Positions 1 through 10,200 of a DNA stretch of 64,000 nt are shown here, piece by piece. The notes beneath the pieces are model-generated. The model worked only from the letters and a program-made list of their open reading frames with translations, did no database searches and had not been told where the DNA came from. The stretch comes from Heterodontus francisci (Eukaryota). The stretch covers positions 32,946,372 to 33,010,371 of the forward strand of contig NC_090378.1 of the NCBI RefSeq assembly GCF_036365525.1, given 5' to 3'. Position 1 is the stretch's first letter, and each line of letters begins with the position of its first letter. Both the position numbers and the translations under genes were made by a program.

Positions 1-112
1 GAAACCCACACAGACACGGGGAGAACTTGCAAACTCCACACAGGCAGTGCCCAGAATTGAACCCGGGTCCCTGGAGCTGTGAGGCTGCGGTGCTAACCAC
101 TGCGCCACTGTG
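1..112 (-). mobile_element. HE1-like tRNA-derived V-SINE, 5' part (truncated by window)
   Basis: Reverse complement of cacagtggcgcagtggttagcaccgcagcctcacagctcc, the head seen in the other copies. Confidence 0.9.
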
Positions 113-1597
113 AAGGCAAACTAGCGGAGGAAGAAATCCCAGAAAATTCTCAAATTGAACTCCCTACTGTAAAGTTGGAAAACACTGAAATTTTAAGGAC
201 ACTGGATACCATATTTGACTATCTATCTGACCAGCAAAGGATCTAGCAATACTGCTAAGAAAATTTGAAGAAGTTTGCAAGGACAACCCAGATCGTACCT
301 CTCTAACTATACATGATGTAGACGTAGGAGAGACCCCCACCGATAAAACAAAATCCTTATCGGCTGAGCCCTGATAAATTACCTCAAGTGTGCAAAGATT
401 TCCAATATATGCTGGACAACAATTTAATTGAACCCAGCCAAAGTAGCTGGAGTTCACCCATTTTACTAATCCCCAAACCTAATGGATCAACCAGGCTTTG
501 CATTGATTACCACAAAGTAAATGCAGTAACCCGAACAGACTCGTACCCAATCCCCAGTGTTGAGGACTGCATTGACCGAGTAGGAAGCTCCACCTGCATT
601 AGTAAAATTGACTTATTCGAAGGATACTGGCTAGTCCCCATGACCACCCAAGCAAAAGAAATTTCCACATTTGTCACCCCCGTTGCCTTATCTCTATGTA
701 ATTTCTATGCCATTTGGTTTAAAGAATGCCTCAGCAACATTCCAAAGACTAGTGAACCAGGTCGTAGCTGGTTTAAACAACTGTATCATCTACCTGGATG
801 ACCCATTAGCTTACAGTGAAAACTGGGACGACCACTTGAACCATTTAAGGGAACACTTTAAGGGTTTACAGAAAGCTCACCTAGTGGCCAAATAAGCAAA
901 GAGCAAATTTGCTAAGGATAAAGTACTACTTGGACCACATTGTCGGCCAAGGTCAGGTGTTGCCAAGGGCAGCAAAAGTGCAGGCCCTGGCAGATTTTCC
1001 TGTTCCCAAAACCAAGAAGTAAATCGTACGATTCCTGGGAATGTGCAGTTTCTACAGAAAATTTGTTCCCAACTTCAGGACCTCAGCTACACTCTTAACT
1101 GCCTTACTAAAGAAAAATGTATAAGTATTATGGTCAGAGTAGTGCCTGCTGGCTTTCAAAAAAGTTGAAGGCAATTTTAATGAATGACCCAGTCATTTGC
1201 AGCTGCAAATTTTAACAAACCGTTTAAAATGGCTATTGACGTCAGTGATGTCGGAGTGGGAGCAGTCTTACTCCAAGATGATGATTCAGGCCTCGAGAGG
1301 GCAATTGGCTATTTCTCTCAAAAAAAAATAAACAAACATCAAAGAAAATATTCCGCAATAGAGAAAGAGGCATTAGGACTCCTCCTAGCCTTTCAACATT
1401 TCAAAGTTTATGCAAATAACAGACACAGAGAAATCCAAATCTATACTGAACACAAACCCCTCACATTTCTGGAAAAATTAAAAGTTAAAAATGCCAGACT
1501 GTTCCGATGGAGCCTGCTCCTCCAGCCGTTCTACTTGAAAATTGTGCTTATAGCTAGGAAGAACAACATTATAGCCAACATGCTGTCCAGAATTTAA
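113..1597 (+). mobile_element. Gmr1-like Ty3/Gypsy pol remnant (RT + RNase H, frameshifted)
   Basis: SSWSSPILLIPKPNGSTRLCIDYHKVN, MPFGLKNA..YLDD, DVSDVGVGAVLLQ, YSAIEKEALG, ending NIIANMLSRI*. No integrase follows. Confidence 0.9.
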
Positions 1598-1752
1598 ACA
1601 CTACGCTACCAGAAATCTGTAAAGAAATCATGACTGAAAGCCTGAGGAGTGCATAGGATGAATGTGTGCTATCCTTTGTCCTACTTTCTTTATGAAAAAA
1701 ACCCAAAAAATAAAATACCAAGAAATTTTATTTTTCCCCTTTTGCGGTACGG

Positions 1753-3158
1753 TGCCATGCTCATGAAGAGTGATGAAATATGAAATGAACTGAAGGAATT
1801 ATGAAATAAAAGTCAACTGTTGAACTGAACTACAAATACATATTAATGTACCAGACAAAATGGAGTAGAGGTCAGGTGACCCCTCTTGTACTGTCAATAA
1901 ACATATCTATCTGTTGAAGTTGAAACCCATTATTCACATCTGAATTAGCTTTGGGGAAAACACATTGAGATGTGAAACATGCAAACAGCGCCTATCTCCA
2001 GGAATGCAGCTAACAAAGACTGTTGTAGACAGACTGACTCCATAGTCAAGACTAAAATATGAGGTGTGAAGTAGCACCTATTCATTAGAATGGACCACGT
2101 TCAGACGCCATTGTGGAACAATGGTTCCCATATCTTGGAACATTGTGTGAATCACCCCAGGGGAGAGAGCCCTTAATCATCTAACTGACACCCCAACCTG
2201 ACAAGTTTCTACCTTAACAGGTATCTCTCAACAGGGCGGCACAGTGGCGCAGTGGTTAGCACCGCAGCCTCACAGCTCCAGCGACCCGGGTTCAATTCTG
2301 GGCACTGCCTGTGTGGGTTTCCTCCGGGTGCACCGGTTTCCTCCCACAAGCCAAAGACTTGCAGGTTGATAGGTTAATTGGCCATTATAAATTGACCCTA
2401 GTATAGGTAGGTGGTAGGGGAATATAGGAACAGGTGAGGATGTGGTAGGAATATGGGGTTAGTATAGGATTAGAATAAATGGGTGGTTAATGGTCGGCAC
2501 AGACTCGGTGGGCCGAAGGGCCTGTTTCAGTGCTGTATCTCTTAAAAAAAAATTTTAAAAAAAGAGAGAGGGGGCAGAACAGCCAAAGAAGGTGCTTTCC
2601 AGAAGAACAGCTGTGAGACTGTTCCAGACAAGCAGGTGCCCTTCTGTTTACATCGAACCACTGCAGCAGAGAAATTGCAAGGTGTCTTTGGGCCTCCCCA
2701 TCTGCGAAAGTGAACCAGAAATTTCTCCATCGACTTCGGATGGAGACTTAAACGCAAGAAGCCTGCAACACTTCATCCCTTTCAGGACAATGAACATTAT
2801 TCAGGCCTGCACCGATGAAAGAGTTCCTCTCAAATAGCTCCTAAAGGTTTTCTTAAAACAGCAAACTCTTTTCCCACAATTGGACTCTAACTACATGCTA
2901 CCACTCTTTTATCTTTTCTTGTGTGTTTGTGTGTGTAGTGTGAATGCGTGAGTGGGAGCAGTTGCAAACATTTTTTCAGTTATTGTGCAAAAATAAACAT
3001 TTATGTTTGTAAACCTACGAGAAACCCTGTCATTTGTTTATTTATTTGACCCTTACAAACACTGAGGGACTGAAATGCTATTTTTAAAACACAATTTGCA
3101 GTCACTTCAGAGGTGAAAAGTGGAATTCACCCACGCCATTTCTCCCCCCTCTATAACA
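1753..3158 (+). mobile_element. 3' LTR of the Gypsy element (SINE inserted at 2234-2563)
   Basis: tgccatg...ataaca termini, AATAAA near the end, directly downstream of pol; similar to LTR 60212-62199. Confidence 0.65.
2234..2563 (+). mobile_element. HE1-like V-SINE
   Basis: tRNA A/B boxes, V-domain ggtttcctcccaca, CR1-like tail gggccgaagggcctgtttcagtgctgtatctct, A-rich end. Confidence 0.9.
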
Positions 3159-3159
3159 A

Positions 3160-3300
3160 TTCCATTTGCCTGCCTAATTACTTGCTTCAGCCGCTTCATG
3201 CTAACCTTCTGTGATTCATGTACGACGACACCCAGAACCATCTGTACTGCAGCATTCTGCAGTCACTCTCCATGTAAATAATATTCTTTTCTATTCCTTG
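3160..3300 (-). mobile_element. CR1 LINE fragment interrupted by the Gypsy element
   Basis: attccatttgcc..ctaattacttg..ttctgtgattcatgtac..acacccaga resembles CR1 ORF2 3' region on the minus strand. Confidence 0.5.
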
Positions 3301-3529
3301 TCTGGCCTTGAGAGCCTAAGCCTCCTGGAGCACTGGTACTCAGACATGTTGAGAAAGCTGATCCTCTGCCTGTAGCCCCTGCGTGGGGGGATTGTGGGGG
3401 GGGGGGGGGGGGGTCACGATTCTCACCTTCCAGCTGGCTCTTGGTCTTCATCCCCTCAGCCCTGCGGAGGGGCATATAGCTGAAGGGAAGGCAGCTGCTA
3501 CTATTTTTGCTCCTCCTGCTGCTGGTACA

Positions 3530-3680
3530 TTTTTATTTGTTTCATGGGATATGGGCATCACTGGAAAAATCAGCATTTGTTGCCTATCCCTAATTTCCCT
3601 CGAGAAGGTAATGGTGAGCTGTCTTCTTGAACCACTGCAGTCTGTCTGGTGCGGGTACACTCACAGTGCTATTGGTGGTG
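3530..3680 (-). mobile_element. 3' end fragment of the CR1/Jockey-group LINE family of 14297-17873
   Basis: Reverse complement of the family tail (ataaatgctgg...cccacatcccatgaa). Confidence 0.75.
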
Positions 3681-3835
3681 GTATTGCTTCTTGTCTTGTC
3701 CTTTATCAGAGGTGCAAGGTGCAGCTGCATAAGCTGCTCCCATCCTGTGGTAAAACTTGGCAGCAGAGAAGTGTAGCTGAAGGTAAGTGAAGTGCTACAC
3801 AGGTGAAGTGCCTTCCAACAAATTGGTAATCACCT

Positions 3836-5905
3836 GCTAAGTGCAGGAGGGCATGCCAGGAGCAGCACCAGGCATACCTCAAAATAAACTGTCAACCTGG
3901 TGAAGCTACAACACCGAACTACTTGCATGCCAAACTGCGTAAGCGACATGCAATAGAGCTAAGCAATCCCATAAAAAACAGATCAGATCTAAGCTCTGCA
4001 GTTCTGCCACATCCAGCCGTGAATGGTGGTTGTCAATTAAACAACTAACTGGAGGAGGTGGCTGCACAAATATCCCCATCCTCAATGATGGGGGAGCCCA
4101 GCACATCAGTGTGAAAGATAAGGCTGAAGCATTTGCAACAATCTTCAGCCAGAGGTGCCGAGTTGATGATCCATCTCTGCCTCCTCCTGAAGTCCCCAGC
4201 ATCGCAGATGCCAGACTTCAGCCAATTCGATTCACTCCATGTGATATCAAGAAACGACTGAAGGCACTGGTTACTGCAAAGGCAACAGGCCCTGACAGCA
4301 TTCAAACAATAGATAGTACTGTGCTCCAGAACTTGCGGCGCCCCTAGCCAAGCTGTTCCAGTGCAGCTACAACATTGGCATCTATCGGCAATGTGGAAAA
4401 TTGCCCAGGTATGCCCTGTACACAAAAAGCAGGACAAGTCCAACCTGGCCAAATACCACCCCATCAATCTACTCTCAATCAGTAAAGTGATGGAAGGTGT
4501 CATCAGAAGTACCATCAAGCGGCACTTACTTAGCAATTACCTGCTCAGTGATGCTCAGTTTGGGTTCTGCCAGGGCCACTCAGCTCCTGACCTCATTACA
4601 GCCTTGGTTCAAATATGGGCAAAAAAGATGAACTCGAGGTGAGGTGAGAGTGACTGCCCTTGACATCGAGGCAGGATTTGACAGAGTATGGCATCAAGGA
4701 GCCCTAGCAAAACTGAGGTCAATGGGAATCGGGAGGAAACCCCTTCGCTGGTTGGAGTCAATCCTAGCGCAAAGCAAGATGGTTGTGGTTGTTGGAGGTC
4801 AATCATCTGAGCTCCAGGACATCATTGCAGGAGTTCCTCAGGGTAGTGTCCTAGGCCCAACCATCTTCAGCTGCTTCATCAATGACCTTCCTTCAATCAT
4901 AAGGTCAGAAGTGGGAATGTTCACTGATGATTGCACAATATTCAGCACCATTCGCGACTCCTCTGATACTGAAGCAGTCCGTGTAGAAATGCAGAAAGAC
5001 CTGGACAATATCCAGGCTTGGGCTGATAAGTGGCAGGTAACATTCGCACCACACAAGTGCCAGGCAATGACCATCTCCAACAAGAGAGAATCTAACCATC
5101 TCCCCTTGACATTCAATGGCATTACCCTCGCTGAATTCCCCACTATCAACATCCTAGGGGCTACCATTGACCGGAAACTGAACTGGAGTAGCCATATAAA
5201 TACCGTGGCTACAACAGCAGGTCAAAGGCTATGAACCCTGTGGTGAGTAACTCACCTCCTGACTCCCCAAAAGCCTGTCCAAGGCACAAGTAAGGAGGTG
5301 ATGGAATTAGATTAGATTAGATTAGAGATACAGCACTGAAACAGGCCCTTCGGCCCACCGAGTCTGTGCCGAACATCAACCACCCATTGATAGTGGGGAA
5401 TATTCTCCACTTGCCTGGATGGGTGCAACTCTAACAACACTCAGGAAACTCGACACTATCCAGCACAAAGCAGCTCGCTTGATTGGCACCCATCCACAAA
5501 CATTCACTCCCTCAACCACCGACGCACAGTGGCAGCAATGTGTACCATCTGCAAGATGTACTGCAGCAATGCACCAAAGCTCCTTAGACAGCACCTTCTA
5601 AACTTGCGACCTCACCCACCTAGAAGGACAAGGGCAGCAAATGCATGGGAACACCGCGACCTGCAAGTTCCCCTCCAAGTCACACACCATCCTGACTTGG
5701 AACTATATCGCCGTTCCTTCATTGTCGCTGGGTCAATATCTTGGAACTCTCTTCCTAACAGCACTGTGGGTGTTCTTACCCCACATGGACTGCAACGGTT
5801 CAAGAATGCAGCTCATCACCACCATCTCAAGGACACTTGGGGATAGGCAATAAATGCTGGCTTAGCCTGGGGTACCGACATCCCATGAATGAATTAAAAA
5901 AAAAA
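3836..5905 (+). mobile_element. 5'-truncated CR1/Jockey-group LINE (RT ALDI..FDRVWHQG), SINE tail inserted at ~5306-5390
   Basis: WKIAQVCPVHKKQDKSN, GVPQGSVLGPTIFSCFINDL, MFTDD; tail ataaatgctgg...atcccatgaatgaattaaaaa. Confidence 0.9.
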
Positions 5906-6040
5906 CAGTGATGGCACTCTCTGAGAGAAGTGCTTTAAACAGGAGCCTTTCACCTGGCCATGGTTGGAGAACATCAGTGTAACTGATCAAAGCCTTCCCA
6001 GCTTGACCGTTGCTCTGAAGAAGTTTTTCCTACTGTGCAC

Positions 6041-6920
6041 TTTTGTGAAAGTACTTCCATTTTTAAATATTTTGTGAGGGCTCGTGTTTTAAAATTGTTG
6101 GAATAGATTCCTTTGGAACACTGAAGAGATTACATAGATGCTGGACTTTTTTTAAAAAAGAAAGTCACTGGAAGGACTTTGGGACTTGGTTTAGAAACAT
6201 ACTTACTGGAAGTCACAGTAAACGGCAAACGCCTTGGTGATTAGGGGGAGTTGTTTGCAGAGAAGTGAAATGTCAAGATTTATGGTGAAGAATTGGTTTC
6301 ATTTTGGATATTGTTTTGAGTCAACAGGGGTCAGCCTGCTAAGAGAGAAGACAATAGTTCATCCTTTCTCCACCTCTGAGAAACCCTGAAAATCAAGTGT
6401 GTGGACTGAAACCCCTGATGCCGCATTTCTCCTGGAAAGCCTGCCGGACTAAGCCTCGATGTCGCCTGAAGTGAACTGATCCAAAAGATCCCAGTGACAT
6501 CCGTCTACCCGTATTTGGGATGCCAGAAAAAGGACAACTGACATCATTCCATATCTTATCCTTTTCCTTCAAGAATTAACAAGTATTTGGCCAAAGTATT
6601 TTTTTGTCTTTTATGAAGAGATCTCTGCAGAGAAAACATTTTTTGTTTAACCTGTGTGCATGCGTTGGGCTAATTTAACGGAACTTTCATATTTCATTCG
6701 ATGTGTTAATGCTTTGTATCTTTACTGAATAAGTCTTGTTTTATAATAAATTGATGATTTTGTTGTTAAAGAAACCTGGTTGGTGGATTTTATTCTGAAA
6801 TAAAACAGAGTATATAATCGGCTGTATCAGTAACTGGGTAAACATTTAAATATATGTTGTGACCCATGGAGAAGTGGATCTAGAGAAAGACAGTGCACTC
6901 CTCCCACCTTGGTGGTAACA
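6041..6920 (+). mobile_element. Solo LTR (Gypsy-type)
   Basis: Ends ggtggtaaca; 4-bp TSD gcac (6037-6040 / 6921-6924); 3' end matches reverse complement of 26034-26105. Confidence 0.8.
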
Positions 6921-8034
6921 GCACTTGTCTCAGTGATGCTGGTGAGTTGCTGACAGGCCTGGCTCGGAAATCCAGAATTGAGGGCTAAAACGGTTCACAA
7001 TTGGCTTCTTAAGTACCTTAACTTACCCGACAGATCCAGTAGGGGTTCTGTTCACCTTCAATTCCGTCCTGGTGCAACCTGATAGAGGGCAGGATGATGT
7101 AGGGATCCTAATCCAATGTCAGTTTTAGGGGATTTAACCTCCCGCACGCATGCAAACCCACCTCCTGTTGCTTGGGAAAACTCCCTCCGAAATATCTGTT
7201 TTGGTCAACCCTTAACATTATTTGTTCTTGCCCATTTACTCATTCAGCGTTCATCAGTTTGTGTCATTCTCCCTACCATTGCTTCATTGTGGTGCAATAG
7301 TGGCTTTTACAGCTTTGAGGTACTGACTCGAGGTTCTGAGGTCATCAGATTGGTGTCTTTTTCTCTTGTTTGGTTTAATATGCTATTGTGAATATTAATG
7401 TCGAAAAAAGATTCAGCAAGTATAACTGTTTCCTTTTGAGGTAGTTGACATCTTTCATAATTAGAACCCTGTGAGTGTACCAAGATTTGCAGGGATCTCT
7501 TGGATAAGTTTGAAATCGTTGCAAAGGCATGATTTCTTGATGTTGGATGTGTTCCCGATCAATGTGAGAGATTTCCTACTTAATTTTGTTTTCTCTAGGT
7601 GTGGAGGAGGAGGAGACAATTTGTATTATTTTTGACATTGTTTGCATACCTAGCCCTGTGCTCTTCTAAGAATGTCCACACAATTCTGAACATTTCCACA
7701 GATGCTTCATTTTTCCGTATTGGTACAATATCCAGTAAAAAAAAAATGATTACCAACATTTCACTGGGGTGCAGGAGGGAAAAAGAGGAGGAAAGTCACA
7801 ATTTTTGCCCTTTTATAATCAAGTTATCCTCTAATATGCTGCAAAACTTCAGCTCTTTCTCTGCTTTGCGATTAGAGCTTTTCATTGTCTTCCACACCAG
7901 ACAACTGTAAGAAAACATTTGAGGTTGATGATGTCATGAAGCAGAGTTGCAACCTGGCAGGTCTTTCCTCAAGCAAAGATTTGATGATTTGTAAAATAGG
8001 ATACATATACTGGTAAGCCTGGGAGCAAAAGATA

Positions 8035-8470
8035 CTTTGTTTACTCTTCCTGTCTTTCTCATTTCTACTTTATTTCTCTTTTACAGATACTTCCTTTTGC
8101 CTGTGCCTTCTACATTCCTTCCCTTCTGTGTTTCTGTCTCAGCTTCCATTGTTTTCTCCCTCTCTCTTCCCCCAATATCTTTGTTTTCTTATGTTCTGTC
8201 TGCTTCTACCCTCTGTTATCCTCAACTCCTTGTCTTCTGTCATTCTGTCAACTCCTTGCTTTGTGTGTGTGAATCTCTTTCTCCTCCCGCTCCCTCCGTT
8301 CTCTCTTTCCAGTTTGATCACTCTTTTCTGGTTATCTTTTCTCTCCGATTTTTTTTTTTCTCCGCTCTGTTTCCTTTCTCACTTTCTTGTTTGTGCTTTC
8401 TCCCTTTTCTGGTTTTTCTGACTGTGTCGCACTCCATTTCTGTTACTCTTTGTCGTCTTGCCCTTCTCCC
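8035..8470. repeat. Pyrimidine-rich low-complexity tract
   Basis: Mostly C/T, giving spurious F/L/S-rich ORFs. Confidence 0.8.
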
Positions 8471-8779
8471 AGCAGTAAGAATAGGTCAGGACTGTAAGAA
8501 GAAATGCTGATGAGGTGAAGAGCTAACCATGATCAACCTGACCTGCTACCAATCCAGTAATGGACAAACCTGAATTTATGACAAAAATCCTATCTCTTTA
8601 TGTATGAGCAGGCTATTGGATAGTGAGAAGCATCACTGCCAAACCCACCATCACCCATCATAAGCACACTTCTAATATTAGTTCTAGTAACTTCTAGATT
8701 GCAGTTAGGATGGGCTATCCTAGCTATTTCCCCTTTCCATTCCCCACCCGTTGCCCTTCCTTACTCAAGTGGCATTCAT

Positions 8780-9150
8780 TATTTTCTCTTTCTTCAATTA
8801 GCTTTATTGATACAGTCTCTTTCATGTCCTGAGGAGGCTCTGAATCATGTTTGATGTGTAGTCACTGTTGTAGGGAAATAATGATGAGGTAATGACCAGA
8901 TAATCTGTTCAGATATTTATTTTGGACGGGATACCAGATGAATTCACTTGCTTTTCTTCAAAATAGTGCCAGGATATCTTTGACATCCACCTGAGAAAAC
9001 AGACAAAATCTTTGTCTCATTTGGAAGATGGCACTCTGACAGGGTATCACACTGCTAGTCCTGCACTGAAGTGTTAGCCTAGATTGTATTCATGTTACTG
9101 CAGTGGGGCTTGAACCCCCAGTTTTTTAACTCAGAGGTAAGAGAGCTACT
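8780..9150 (-). mobile_element. Old DeuSINE (SacSINE1-like) remnant
   Basis: Degenerate reverse complement of 40340-40775 (ttcaaaatagtgcc..gacatccacctgag..tctcat..aagatggcac..agcctagatt). Confidence 0.6.
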
Positions 9151-9256
9151 GCTGACACCTATAGTCGCTATTGCTACTCTGCACAGACCAGGGATTGAAT
9201 CCATGACTTCCCTGATTTGTATGGCTCAACAACGCACTGAACAAATCTGCTTTACT

Positions 9257-9489
9257 AAAAGCAAAATACTGCGGATGCTGGAAATCTGAAATAAAAACAA
9301 GAAATGCTGGAATCACTCTGCAGGTCTGGCAGCATCTGTGGAAAGAGAAGCAGAGTTAACGTTTCGGGTCAGTGACCCTTCATCGGAACGTTCCGATGAA
9401 GGGTCACTGACCCGAAACGTTAACTCTGCTTCTCTTTCCACAGATGCTGCCAGACCTGCAGAGTGATTCCAGCATTTCTTGTGTTTAAT
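9257..9489. mobile_element. Penelope-like terminal (pLTR) fragment forming a perfect inverted repeat
   Basis: Same terminus as 21570 and 32341; palindrome 9297-9482; 11-bp TSD tctgctttact (9246-9256 / 9490-9500). Confidence 0.9.
9390..9424 (+). ncRNA. Minimal hammerhead-ribozyme-like motif (mirror copy on - strand at 9355-9389)
   Basis: gtt-CCGATGA-a-GGGTC act GACCC-GAAACGTT-aac: core boxes, stem II, palindromic ACGT stem III, stem I gtt/aac. Non-canonical U4>C and extra A. Confidence 0.6.
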
Positions 9490-9621
9490 TCTGCTTTACT
9501 GTTGGGATGCGCGAGGTAATTTTATGAAGATGTAGTTTTGATTATAGAGTACTTTGAATTAACTACTCTTTCCATCTTTGCTTACACTCGAGGATTATTG
9601 AGCAGGACACTTTATCTTGTT

Positions 9622-10200
9622 CAAAGTGATTACTGACAACGCAGCCGACAGCTTGCGTCATCCGACTGCGCCACGTGCGCAGATTGGTCCCTACTGTCTG
9701 CGCATGCGCTGCGTTCCGCAGTGCCAGGACTGGTTGGCGCATGCGCAGATGACGTCATCGCGGTACTGCGGGCAGATGGTGGGGGGGATCCAGGCCGGAG
9801 AGAGCAGGGGTGGGGGGAGAGAGGGTCTGGGGAGCAGGTAGAGAGCAGGTGCGGAGAGATGTGGCCAAAGACCTTGATGGTGGCGGGTGCGCTCTCCTCC
9901 TTCCCCCACCTCCCCTTCCCCGACCACTCGCTCACCGACCACTGGCTCACCTGCCCGCTCGCTCCCCTCCCCAGCCCGCTCGCGCGCTCCCTCCCCTTCC
10001 CTCACGGCCCGCTCGCTCGCTCCCCTCCAGCCATTGTGTGCTGCCATGTGTTTAGGTTGCCATCGTGTGATTATTTGAGCAGCGCCATCTTTAATCCTGG
10101 CAGCTGCCTGACGTCGCAGACTGACCTTTTAGTGGCACAGGCTGCATTTGCGCATGTGCCATTGCAGCGCCACCCAATGGTGGCGTCAGCAAACGCAGCC
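9622..10200 (+). mobile_element. Unclassified non-autonomous DNA element, copy A (9-bp TSD family)
   Basis: Termini caaagtgattaCTGACAACGCAG...gcgtcagcaaacgcagcc; TSD tatcttgtt (9613-9621 / 10201-10209). Confidence 0.85.

Noticed and set aside
7599-7725. Acceptor-like ttttctctag followed by a signal-peptide-like frame (WRRRRQFVLFLTLFAYLALCSS), a candidate PTPRF leader exon
   Set aside because: No ATG, only a weak phase-1 donor (g|gtacaa), and no recognisable similarity to PTPRF; needs RNA-seq support.
8037-8510. 157-aa hydrophobic ORF resembling a membrane protein
   Set aside because: Artefact of the C/T low-complexity tract.
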